Assembly: GCA_937625935.1 (NCBI GenBank)
Contig: OW569366.1
Coordinates: 372,001-436,000 of the forward strand
Length of the DNA stretch: 64,000 nucleotides
Source: Tetramitus jugosus
Taxonomy: Eukaryota > Protista > Heterolobosea
Reading direction: 5' to 3'
Position numbers and translations under genes: made by a program. Below, one piece after another: positions 21,645 to 31,543 of this stretch; the first letter of the stretch is position 1; every line of letters begins with the position of its first letter. The notes below the pieces were generated by a model. That model was not told where the DNA came from. It did no database searches and was given only the letters and a program-made list of their open reading frames with translations.

Positions 21645-23342
21645 TCACCGACCCTGAGCTAAGTTTTCTGCATTTGGCATTTTCACAACATGGTCAATGG
21701 AAAGAATCATGCAAGCTGCTTCCGTGGCCACCTTGATCGCATGTTTCTTAACAACACTGGGCTCATACAATTGTAGTGTTTCCATACTGTCCACTCGTCC
21801 AGTGTCAATATTAATTCCAAATCGATCAATGTTATCCGTGTGTTTCCGTTGATGGTGTATGTGATTCAGGTCAGATATGATATCTGCACTATCAACATTG
21901 CAGTTTCTAGCTAAAGTTACAACAAGATCCTCTAGTGCATCTCCAAAAGATCTCATGCACTCTGCTATTTGACTCTGATGATACAGAATACTTGCTTGTA
22001 CAAAGTCATTTGCAGTTTGTGTCGTAACCTCTTTCTCTAGCTCACTACAATGGTCAATAAGGCGAGTTTTTAGTGCCATTTCAGTCGCACCTCCACCATA
22101 GAGATACGCTGGATATTTCAGCGCGTTGCAGAGACAACAGATTGCATCATGAAGACTTCGATGGGCCTCTTGAATAATTTCCTCGGAAGATGCTCTCAAA
22201 ATAAGTGTGAAGTGCTTCTTTTGAGGAGTGCCAGAGAGAACACAATACTGCTCATCGCCTATTGTCATCTCTTCAAACTGAGCGCAACTGCCATAGACTT
22301 GCTTTGCAGTTGAGTCAGATTCCTTTGGTAGGTCCTCAAGTGTGGATAGTATTGTTGCATTAACACTATTGGCTATCATTGTCATCGTGTGATAATCAAT
22401 ACGGCTAATGTTTGTAATATTCCTCTGAACAAAGTACTGAGTGGCCAAATCACCAATTCCTCGAGAATCTAGAATTAAATTGCATCCCGTATCGCAAATT
22501 TGATCCAATTTTCGTTGCACAATTTGCCACTCTGTATTGACAAATTTGTCATAATTTGTCACTTGATCAATCACGACATGAGCGTACTCCTTTTGATGTT
22601 TGAGTTCAATCTCTTGGTCCAATAACAGTATCTTAGGACTAGAGATTCGTTTTCGTTGTTGTTCATATCCAGCATACGTGAACGTCCTCTCGAACACGAG
22701 GCCATCCACCATGTAAGAATCAGTCAATGATCCACCAGGCACGCTCAATATTGAGATGCTATCCATATCAAACGACTGCCCGCTCTGTAATATCGCATCC
22801 ATTGCACTTATAATCAGTTGAGAAAAGAATTCCTTGTCATACGTAAGAACTTTGCTGTTCAACGGAACTTGAATCACTCGTTTTAAAACGGAGCTATTGG
22901 CGTTCATGGAGTCCACTTCGAATGACCTCTCCAACTTATTCATCTCTTGCAAGACAAAATCACATGCCATTTTATAGCCTCGAATGATAATGTGCGTGTG
23001 GAAGCCTCGATTGACCAACTCGCAAGCTCTTTCACACAAGTGAGCTGTAAAGAGAACAACACCAGTCGTTCCATCACCAATCTCCACATCTTGACTCACA
23101 CTTAAATTCACCAGTAACTGTGCAATAGGCTGCTCTGGTTTCAATAGCTTCAACACCGTAGCTCCATCATTGCTAATGGTAATTTCTCCGCTCTCTGAAT
23201 CGTAGATCAATTTATCGCGCCCTCTTGGACCATAGGTGGATCGAATCTGATCAGCCAACGAAACTGCAACTTTCAAATTGTGTAACACTGCTTGCGTTCC
23301 ACTGATTGATCCAACAGGCAACACGGTATCATAGTTTGACAT
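21645..23342 (-). CDS. Divergent group II chaperonin, CCT7 (eta)-like
   Basis: GPRGRDKLI, ISNDGATVL, GDGTT, GGGATEM; CCT7-type TFTYAGYEQQ, IGDLATQYF and RSLHDAI. First ATG at 23342. Confidence 0.85.
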   Translation of the reverse strand: MSNYDTVLPVGSISGTQAVLHNLKVAVSLADQIRSTYGPRGRDKLIYDSESGEITISNDGATVLKLLKPEQPIAQLLVNLSVSQDVEIGDGTTGVVLFTAHLCERACELVNRGFHTHIIIRGYKMACDFVLQEMNKLERSFEVDSMNANSSVLKRVIQVPLNSKVLTYDKEFFSQLIISAMDAILQSGQSFDMDSISILSVPGGSLTDSYMVDGLVFERTFTYAGYEQQRKRISSPKILLLDQEIELKHQKEYAHVVIDQVTNYDKFVNTEWQIVQRKLDQICDTGCNLILDSRGIGDLATQYFVQRNITNISRIDYHTMTMIANSVNATILSTLEDLPKESDSTAKQVYGSCAQFEEMTIGDEQYCVLSGTPQKKHFTLILRASSEEIIQEAHRSLHDAICCLCNALKYPAYLYGGGATEMALKTRLIDHCSELEKEVTTQTANDFVQASILYHQSQIAECMRSFGDALEDLVVTLARNCNVDSADIISDLNHIHHQRKHTDNIDRFGINIDTGRVDSMETLQLYEPSVVKKHAIKVATEAACMILSIDHVVKMPNAENLAQGR

Positions 23343-23452
23343 TTTCTCTTCAAAGCTTTTCTCTCGAATGCAGGTTCGGTGAAATTTTTCATTGTTCCGC
23401 TTCTCCTCCAAAAAACGCTCGAACAAGAAATTTTCATAACGATCAAAATGAT

Positions 23453-26344
23453 ATGATGCAAAACAACCAACGGTCTCCCAGTGCTTGGGGCAACCAACAA
23501 CAACAACAACATGCCGAGCAAAATCAACAAAAGAAACATATGCTCAAGCAATTGCTAACCACCTGCCCATCCATTATTCCCCCTTCTTCCTTTCCTATTT
23601 TTTTGCCGCCAACCGCGAAATTTGAATTTCCCCGCTCTTCTACAGTTCCACTCTTGCCTCCGACAAGATTATCACCATCGTCATCCATACGTCCAGTGCA
23701 CACATATCAACAACCTGTACAGATTGTTGCCTCTCAACCACATCCACCACCATCACTCATTCATCAACATCATCTCCACCATTCATCACAACATCAACCA
23801 TCAAATGCTCTTCCACCATCACAACATCAACAATTTTCATCCACCACACCAGCTTACTATCCACAGCATACACATCAAACAGTAACGCCATTGCCTACCT
23901 ATGCCATCAACCATGCATCTCAACAACCCATTCAACAACAACAAGCTTTGCCACAACACTACACTTACTCTTATTTTTCATCACCTTCTTCCATTGGTCA
24001 ACAACAACAACACGTGAACAATCAGAACAACGTGCAGGCATTGAAACAGTACATTGACCAATTGTTGATGGAGAGGGAAGAGTATCAACGAGAGAAGCAA
24101 AAATTGTTAGCTGATAAAGCAGACAAGTTACAGCGCATTGATGCACTTGCAAAACAAGTTTATTCATTGAGGAAGCAAATTTCAAATGAAATTTGGCAAA
24201 AACAACTTCAATCACCAAACAATAATATCAATATCAATAACAATATCAATAGTAATATGAATCAGAATATTCATGATAATACTCATTCAAACAATAGAAT
24301 AGATAATGGTGATAAAGGGGAAGTCAATGATGGTGATAATGAAGAAGAAGTGATTGAGATTGAAAGTGATTGTGAAGTGAGTGATCAACATGATGAAGGA
24401 AAACATCAAAAACAGCGCAATCAAAGACATGTTCATGGGAAAACACATTACAAAGATCATGTAGAAACAACTCATCATCGCAATCATCGTTCCTCCACAC
24501 ATTCAAACTCCAAAGAAAGGTCATATTCTCGCAGCAGTTCTTCTTCACGCGAATTTGATGATGATCGAACGATGATTTCGACTGGTAGGAGACGAGAATT
24601 GGATACTACACGATTAGTGAATGATTTGATGCGTCAAAATGATGATCCATTTCTCATGATGAAGAAGACAATGCTAGAGTTGGATTCCATACCTGCATTG
24701 TCGTCTCTGTCGTCATTATCGTCGTCTCGCGATGCCTCATCATCAAAGGACAGGGAGACGAAAAAACCAAAATCCAAGAATTATCGTCGGAATCGTCATC
24801 TTTCTTCGGGTGATAGTAGTGATGAGAATGACGATGAGGACGATGATGATTATGTCGATGGCGCGGATCACGATGATGACAACGATTCCATCATACGAAG
24901 TTTGAATATTGGACGACACACTCGTATGCGTCATCGAACATTGATTCATCAATCACTGACGAAGCCAAACCAACGAACGCGCAAAGTTACTCTGACCTCT
25001 CGTTCCTCTGATCGAAAAAAGGCAGCATTGAAACTGCGAACGAATTTTGCAATTAGTTATCGTTTTAGCAAAAAACGAAACAAAAGAATTGGAAGACGAC
25101 CTACCTCGATCAAAAACTATTTATTGGGTCCCTCCAATTTGGTCAATCGTCATCAAAAGCGTGCAGTCAGTCGAATATTTCTTGTTCGTAACATGATTGG
25201 ACGGTGGAATAATTCCACAACAACAACAACAGAAGATCATCACAAGGAAGTGAAACACCACAGAGTGAAAAATGTGTTTCGATTTGCAACTCCAGTAAAA
25301 CATTCAGGGGCCGATCAAAAGATTGATGACACCTCTGATGATGCAGGACTCCCTGTTTCTTCTGTGTCTGACAGTGATAAGGAAGGTGATCATGTTAATG
25401 TCACGTTGCGACACCAAGAACAAGAACACTCTGTGTCTACCCCCAGCCATCCGAGTAACAAATCAAATCCTATTGCACAACATCAGGAAAGTCTTGACAC
25501 TTTACCCCCAGCGAGCCAGAATATAACGAGACGCAAAATCTCATTAACATCTTCATCTGCTCCTGATGAAGCTGTTACGAAGGCCAAACCACCTAGAATT
25601 CAATTGGGTAATCCCAATCGCCGTGTTCAGCCCAGAAATATTCGTTCGACCACTGGTCACTCCTCGCCCAACCAAACAACGAGCAAATCTGGTACTACCA
25701 AACGAAGTCATTCACAACTTAGTTCGTCATCGTCCTCTCCACCTTCATCATCAGCACTTCCATTTTTTGCTGAAGATAGAACATCACGAAAGGTGGCTCG
25801 ACGAATGAGCGACACTTTAATCTCATCCATGGAAAAGGCGATACCTTCTAGAGCATCACCACGCTCATCTCCAAGCAACGCACAGCCACCACTGCTTGTC
25901 GACAGCAAACACAATATCAAGATTATGAACCGAGTAGAAAGTGCAGAGAGTCCATCACCTACGATGAGTCAAATGCTGGGTGTTGATTTTGGAGCTCTAC
26001 CACAACCATCCACGAGCAGCATAGGGTCAAATAATGCTCGAGCAAAAATCCCGGCCAAGAAGGACCGGTTTGCTCATTTGTTTGATGACAGTGATGGTGA
26101 AGGAGAGAGTGATGAGCTGAATTCAAGTTCTCGCAGTGCTAATAAGAAAGATGACAGTCGTACCACAACAGATTCATTGTGGCAATTCCAGCAGCCTTCT
26201 GTTTCTAGTCCTGCTTCCTCGATTCCTCTCTATTCCTCTTTGTCATCCTCTGATACCGTGATGAACCGTTCTCAGGTGCGCACTGACGCCCAATCCAGCC
26301 AGAAATCCATCTATGACATGGCGGATGAGATATTTGGATGTTGA
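23453..26344 (+). CDS. Large low-complexity, likely disordered protein with one coiled coil; function unknown
   Basis: About 960-codon open frame with Q/H/P-, N-, acidic, basic and S-rich tracts; no recognisable domain. Confidence 0.65.
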   Translation: MMQNNQRSPSAWGNQQQQQHAEQNQQKKHMLKQLLTTCPSIIPPSSFPIFLPPTAKFEFPRSSTVPLLPPTRLSPSSSIRPVHTYQQPVQIVASQPHPPPSLIHQHHLHHSSQHQPSNALPPSQHQQFSSTTPAYYPQHTHQTVTPLPTYAINHASQQPIQQQQALPQHYTYSYFSSPSSIGQQQQHVNNQNNVQALKQYIDQLLMEREEYQREKQKLLADKADKLQRIDALAKQVYSLRKQISNEIWQKQLQSPNNNININNNINSNMNQNIHDNTHSNNRIDNGDKGEVNDGDNEEEVIEIESDCEVSDQHDEGKHQKQRNQRHVHGKTHYKDHVETTHHRNHRSSTHSNSKERSYSRSSSSSREFDDDRTMISTGRRRELDTTRLVNDLMRQNDDPFLMMKKTMLELDSIPALSSLSSLSSSRDASSSKDRETKKPKSKNYRRNRHLSSGDSSDENDDEDDDDYVDGADHDDDNDSIIRSLNIGRHTRMRHRTLIHQSLTKPNQRTRKVTLTSRSSDRKKAALKLRTNFAISYRFSKKRNKRIGRRPTSIKNYLLGPSNLVNRHQKRAVSRIFLVRNMIGRWNNSTTTTTEDHHKEVKHHRVKNVFRFATPVKHSGADQKIDDTSDDAGLPVSSVSDSDKEGDHVNVTLRHQEQEHSVSTPSHPSNKSNPIAQHQESLDTLPPASQNITRRKISLTSSSAPDEAVTKAKPPRIQLGNPNRRVQPRNIRSTTGHSSPNQTTSKSGTTKRSHSQLSSSSSSPPSSSALPFFAEDRTSRKVARRMSDTLISSMEKAIPSRASPRSSPSNAQPPLLVDSKHNIKIMNRVESAESPSPTMSQMLGVDFGALPQPSTSSIGSNNARAKIPAKKDRFAHLFDDSDGEGESDELNSSSRSANKKDDSRTTTDSLWQFQQPSVSSPASSIPLYSSLSSSDTVMNRSQVRTDAQSSQKSIYDMADEIFGC

Positions 26345-26469
26345 GCAGATTAGAGTTGTAAATGTACGATTTAAAACAGCAGCTATTGCCCCGTGTTCTC
26401 ACTATTAAATCATCTGTTGCAAATCAGAGAATGTTTGTTCTTTATGTCACAGTCAGACAAAATGGTGAT

Positions 26470-26552
26470 CGCACTCTGTAGGATTTGAACCTACGCACGG
26501 TTTCCCGTACCTGATTTCTAGTCAGGCTCCTTGACCGCTCGGACAAGAGTGC
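26470..26552 (-). tRNA. tRNA-Ser(AGA)
   Basis: GCACTCT/AGAGTGC acceptor stem, CCTGA-CTAGAAA-TCAGG anticodon arm, long variable arm, GGTTCAAATCC T-arm, discriminator G. Confidence 0.93.
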
Positions 26553-26812
26553 TTACATTGAGGGAGCAATTTTTCAATTTTGGCGCCAAACTCACACGTT
26601 TTGAGTTCTCCTTGTTGTTGTTTGTTTTGGTTGTTTGTTGCTTGGACAAACCTGTCGCAGGTCAACTTTCAGTTGATCAAGGGTGCCAAAATTCTGTTTT
26701 TAGTTCGCTGCGAACTTCGGAGATCTGAAAATATCAAGCGAACAGAAAATTGGTTGTTGATGTCTGCTGGTTCAGAGTTCATAAGCAACAAACCTGAAAC
26801 GAAACAAAACAT

Positions 26813-28015
26813 ATGAACAAAATTAACAAACAACAGATTCTCACATGGTTGACACGATATCCATATCTGTCTCGTCAAGCCAAGGTCAACTTGCACCAGT
26901 ATCACTACGTCTCAAGTGATGCCTCCTTTATGAGTCAAGTACTGAATCCATTTTGGGAAAAGTGTGCTCAATTGTTGCCCAAGAACATGGCACCCAACAT
27001 GGTTACCTTTCTCGGTTTCATTGGTGTCATTCTATCCTTTGTGATCACAATCATATTGAATCCAAAGTTGGATCGTCCAGTGAGCAGCTGGGTGTACGTC
27101 CTGAGCGCATTTTGCATGTTCTTTTATCAGACAATGGATGCCATCGATGGTAAACATGCGAGAAACATTAAGGCTGGATCCGTTTTGGGTGAGCTTTTTG
27201 ATCACGGTGTCGATGCTGTGGTCACACTGTTGATGGCTATCGTAGCGTGTGGAACGTTCCAATCTGGTGCGACCTACAGCACTGTCATTGTTATTTTTAT
27301 GCTGTATTTTGCTTCCTTTATGATTATATGGGAAGATTATTTGACTGATACTCTGAGATTTGGAAAGTACAATGGACCAACAGAGGGCATTTTGTTTGTT
27401 GTGGGTATTTTGTTGTTGACAGCGCTTGCTGGACCAGGTATTTGGACCTTTTCTGTCATGTACAGTGTTCGAATCAACACCTTGTTTGTCGTTCTGTTTT
27501 GTGTGGGTAGTATCTCTGCGATCGTAGAAGCAGTGAAGATGGTGAAAACAGTGTCTCAAAAGGTGCCTCCAGTCGAGAGATTCAAGGCCATTAATGGCTT
27601 AGTGGGAGCTAGACAATCGGTGCTTCCTTTTGTGGTACAACTCGTGTTTTTCACAATCTATGCATGGTTCGCATCGAACATTGTTTACAATCATCCAATC
27701 AGTTTGGCCATGAGCTATGGATTGTCCAGTGCTTACATTCAAACACGATTAGTGTTCGCCAGAGCTACCAAGGAAAGAACACCAGAATGGTACGTGATTC
27801 AACTACCTCTACCACTGTTGGTATTGAGTGCCATCTATTTCCAGTACGGATCACTGTTCCTACACTATTCCTACCTGTTGTATATCATCGCAGTGTATGC
27901 TCACTTTGTTTACAATGGAATTGTGGAGTTGACCAAGGTTTTGGGTATTGAAGCCTTCTCAATTGTCAAACATCCACCTGTTCCTGAAGGATTCGGAGAG
28001 ATCAAATGGACTTAA
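26813..28015 (+). CDS. CEPT1: Choline/ethanolamine phosphotransferase (CDP-alcohol phosphotransferase)
   Basis: APNMVT, YQTMDAIDGKHAR...LGELFDHGVD, GPTEG; multi-TM. Confidence 0.92.
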   Translation: MNKINKQQILTWLTRYPYLSRQAKVNLHQYHYVSSDASFMSQVLNPFWEKCAQLLPKNMAPNMVTFLGFIGVILSFVITIILNPKLDRPVSSWVYVLSAFCMFFYQTMDAIDGKHARNIKAGSVLGELFDHGVDAVVTLLMAIVACGTFQSGATYSTVIVIFMLYFASFMIIWEDYLTDTLRFGKYNGPTEGILFVVGILLLTALAGPGIWTFSVMYSVRINTLFVVLFCVGSISAIVEAVKMVKTVSQKVPPVERFKAINGLVGARQSVLPFVVQLVFFTIYAWFASNIVYNHPISLAMSYGLSSAYIQTRLVFARATKERTPEWYVIQLPLPLLVLSAIYFQYGSLFLHYSYLLYIIAVYAHFVYNGIVELTKVLGIEAFSIVKHPPVPEGFGEIKWT

Positions 28016-28224
28016 TTAAAACTGCTCCTCTATCTGTACAAATGGATGACACAACACACTTTTTCCTCTTTTTAAGTTTCCTTTCAAAGATTCATTGGAA
28101 ATATTTTTTGGCGGAAAACCACGTGTCCTGAATTCTCTTTGATTCCGACATACCTTGTTGTGCCCGACACGAAGACGAAAAAACAATCAACAACAACAAT
28201 CAAAACACACACTATATTTTCATC

Positions 28225-29334
28225 ATGTCAACAACCAAAAACAATCGCTCCTCTCTGTTGCTATTGTTGTTGACCATCACACTTGTTCTCTCAACAGCAA
28301 CAATTGTATACTGCTCCACTGACTACTATAGCATACTAGGTATCGCAAGAAATGCATCACCTGATCAGTTACGAAAAGCTTACAATAAGATGACAATGAA
28401 GTATCATCCTGATCGTAACAGAGGCAACAAGGAAGCAGCAGCCAAGTACACTGAAGTCAATAAGGCATATGAAGTGTTAAAGGACGAGAAACAGAGAGCC
28501 ATTTATGATCGACACGGTGAAGAAGGATTGAAGCGTGGTGCTGGTGGTGGCGGCGGAGGCGGAGGTTTTGGTGATATTTTCTCCGATATTTTTGGCGGCG
28601 GTGGCGGAGGCGGAGGATTTCACTTCAATTTTGGCGGGGAAGAGGCTTTTGGCGGGAACGACGGTTCCTCTACGGAAGAAGAATTTAGAGGTGAGGATTT
28701 GAAGCTTCCTCTCGAAGTAAGCTTGGCTGATCTCTATTCTGGAAAAATGCTTAGCTTTCATCGTGTGAGAACAGCTCACGAGGATGAGTCAACACCTCCC
28801 AAGCCATGTCAATGCAGAAACCGTGTGATACGGATGGAGTACGTCAATGGTGTCATGAGACGTGTGGTTGACAACAATTGTCCAGAGTGCCAAAATCGGT
28901 TCGACGTGACTCAAAAAACATCTGATTTGACCATTGTGATCGATCGGGGAATGAAGGACGGAGAATCGCTTACTTTTTACGGTGAGGGAGATGCGACAAC
29001 GTCGGCCAGAGCAGGAAACTTGGTGTTTGTGATTCGTGCGTTGCCTCATGCGGTCTTTACTAGAAATGACAATGATTTGAAGATGAAGATGGACATTTCT
29101 CTCAAGGAGGCACTTGTTGGTTTCACGAGAGTTGTCAAGAAGCTAGATGGCACTGATTTGGAAGTCAAGATTGACACGATTATTCGCCAGGGAGAGATCA
29201 AGAGGATTGCTGGTGAGGGAATGCCATTGAGAACAGATCCATCCAAGAAGGGTGATCTCTACATTGAGTTCAACCTCTTGTTCCCAACATCTCTGACAAA
29301 CGACCAAAAGGCACAACTCTCACAGATTTTGTAA
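28225..29334 (+). CDS. DNAJB11: ER-lumenal DnaJ, ERdj3/DNAJB11-like
   Basis: Signal peptide, J-domain with HPD, G/F region, reduced Cys region, DnaJ C-terminal domain (ISLKEALVGF, GEGMP). Confidence 0.85.
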   Translation: MSTTKNNRSSLLLLLLTITLVLSTATIVYCSTDYYSILGIARNASPDQLRKAYNKMTMKYHPDRNRGNKEAAAKYTEVNKAYEVLKDEKQRAIYDRHGEEGLKRGAGGGGGGGGFGDIFSDIFGGGGGGGGFHFNFGGEEAFGGNDGSSTEEEFRGEDLKLPLEVSLADLYSGKMLSFHRVRTAHEDESTPPKPCQCRNRVIRMEYVNGVMRRVVDNNCPECQNRFDVTQKTSDLTIVIDRGMKDGESLTFYGEGDATTSARAGNLVFVIRALPHAVFTRNDNDLKMKMDISLKEALVGFTRVVKKLDGTDLEVKIDTIIRQGEIKRIAGEGMPLRTDPSKKGDLYIEFNLLFPTSLTNDQKAQLSQIL

Positions 29335-29346
29335 CTTTATATAAAA

Positions 29347-30041
29347 AATTTCCTTTACTACAACATAAAATACAATTGGACTCGAATCCAGCCACGAAAG
29401 CAGCTGCATTTGCCACATCCTCCACTGTTGCAAAATCGCCATTGACAGTGTCCTTGAGCATAATCTTTTGAACCACTTCTTCCTGAGTCAACACAAAACC
29501 AGGACAAATGACATTAGCACTCACATTGTGCTTTGCAGCTTCCTTGGCAACCGTTCTGCGCAATCCCAAGACACCATGCTTTGCACTGACATAAGGTGCC
29601 TTCAATGGAGAGGCAGTCTAACTATCTACGACGCTTGAAATGTGCTGCACACCAGCATTGGTGCAATCAAGCATCTTCCATACTTTTCAATGATACACTC
29701 CATGCCATAATTGACCTGTTTCGGGTCAGTCACATCCATTGGCACAGCGAGATGACCTCTACCCCCAATTTATCGAGTGTGAGACTGGCAGTCGCGAGCC
29801 TTAAATCGCTGCCAATTTCTTGCAAATGCCTGACCTCTCCGATGCCTGATCCTCCACCGGTCACTAAACAAACCTTGCCCTTGGGGTTACCAATCGAAGG
29901 ACTAATTGGTGCTTCTACTGTTTCTGTTGTTTGATTTTGTCTCATTTGTTGTTGTTGGTTGGTCATGTTGGTAAACAAGGGATTCTTCTGATGAGAAATT
30001 GCGCTTCTTATGTATAAGTTACACCAACATCTGCTGGTCAT
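29347..30041 (-). pseudogene. Decayed duplicate of the 3-hydroxybutyrate dehydrogenase gene at 36413-37342
   Basis: Near-identical blocks (QNQTTETVEAPISPSIGN, KAPYVSAKHGVLGL, ATVEDVANAAAFVAGFESN, plus the 3' flank TTCCTTTAC..AAAATACA) interrupted by several deletions and frameshifts. Confidence 0.9.
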
Positions 30042-30551
30042 TCTGTGAATATCAAAAAGAAAGAGCTACGCATAAAAACGAACATCTCCTGGAAAAAAAA
30101 CGTGCATGAATTATTAGTTTTATAGACCCACGTTTCACTTACTTCGTCGAGAGACATCATGTCGATATCATCAACCATTAACCAAAACATGCTGTACTTA
30201 TCTATTCATTGACTCAAGGTAACTAGTGTGTCTAGATTGAAGATTTCTAAGCAATTCTCTACTTACATGCTTTTGATCTATGGACTTGTATGTTTTTGCA
30301 ACAATGCAACAACCCTTTACTTTTCTTCCCTCTACCATTGACGTTGTTGGCGGAACATCTCAGAGAATATATTGAATGATGTTTCACTTAATCTTTGAGG
30401 GAACACTTATGTTGTTTATTACCAAAAAGGTTGTCAATGGGGTTTGTTTTGCTGCCGCTGATTGTTGTTGCATGATAAAATTCATCTCACTCCCCTACAC
30501 ATTTGAATATCATAACTCACCGATCCAAAAAACATTGTATTCGCGAACGCA

Positions 30552-30863
30552 AGGTTGGCCAGTGTCAAGTCAGGTGCTCTCTGACTAGGACTACGGGACA
30601 ATCTGATCTCACTTTCAAGAAAATATGTGGAGCAGAACAACGAAGAACAAACACAACCTGGCCGGAATCTTGTTGGCAGTTGTGTCAGCAACGGGGACAT
30701 GTGCTGATCTCTGTAACTCGCTTTCTGGGTTACTGAGATCCAACTCAACAGGATCTTTATCGGTGGTTGTGCTTCTTGCACGACTCACCATGATTACTCG
30801 GACAGCAATCTACTTCTTGGCTGGAACACCTCGGAGGAACTCAATACTAGCTCGAGGATTGCT
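30552..30863 (-). mobile_element. Most decayed copy of the ORF1-only retroposon, with an inverted 3' segment
   Basis: 30655-30863 aligns with 31843-32085 in the same orientation; 30552-30612 matches the reverse complement of about 31775-31848. Confidence 0.75.
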
Positions 30864-31530
30864 CTTTTTCCATACAACCATGTGTGCTTGAACAGTCAGC
30901 ACACGCTTGCTCATTTATTGACTTGTTTTGTGAGTGACGTCCCGTAGGGCGTCATTCATTCTTCTCTTGTTTTCTCCGACGCTGCACCTACAGGTTGAAA
31001 GAATCACTCTGGTGAGCGTTTTTGTTGATTCCCTTCATCAAAGGGGGTAGCCTTGTAGTCACGTCGATGGACGCAGAGTCATCTGTTGTTGTTTTCTTGT
31101 TTTGGGCCTTGTTGCTCATCAGATCACCCAGTGTGATCCTAGCACTCCTCTTCTAGTTGTCATTGAGTTGTGGACTTTGAATCTCCTTTTCGGAGTCTGT
31201 TCTTGTGGCTCCCCTAGCTCAGTAGCAATGCTTTGGGTAACTTCTTGTTCCGGTATTGGAACCGGTTTGTTGCCCACTTGACCCTTTGTCTTTCCCAATT
31301 CCTTGGTGAGTTCTGTGACCTGTCGACGCAGTCCGTCAACCACCATCAGCATCTCCTCGTACATCTTTGTCAACCTCTTGTTGACAGCCTTGAGAGGGTC
31401 CCAGTAGCTTCTTGATGTTGTCCACTGACATGTTCTTCATGCCATGGACGACCACCTTTCTTGTGCAATCGACACTGAGCTTGGGTGCAGCAGTGCTGTT
31501 GCCAGTCCTCCTCTCTTTGTTGAAGAATGT
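30864..31530 (-). mobile_element. 5'-truncated, frameshifted ORF1-only retroposon copy flanked by 14-bp direct repeats
   Basis: GCTCGAGGATTGCT at 30850-30863 and 31531-31544; short A-tail; peptides VDCTRKVVVHGMK and KAVNKRLTKMYEEMLMVVDGLRRQV are homologous to the ORF at 31675-32862. Confidence 0.8.
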
Positions 31531-31543
31531 GCTCGAGGATTGC

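Noticed and set aside
23306-23426. Apparent overlap between the CCT7-like ORF and the large disordered ORF
   Set aside because: Caused by non-ATG starts; the first ATGs (23342 and 23453) leave a 110-bp gap.
23614-23635. CGCGAAATTTGAATTTCCCCGC, an E2F/CHR-like string
   Set aside because: Lies inside an open frame, occurs once and matches imperfectly.
28094-28127. ATTGG...CCACGTG upstream of ERdj3 as an ER-stress element
   Set aside because: Spacing fits neither ERSE nor ERSE-II; CACGTG also occurs elsewhere.
30930-30959. 13-bp hairpin GTGAGTGACGTCC-CGTA-GGGCGTCATTCAT
   Set aside because: Pairs well only on the plus strand, antisense to the element, and overlaps the element's last codons; no second copy.
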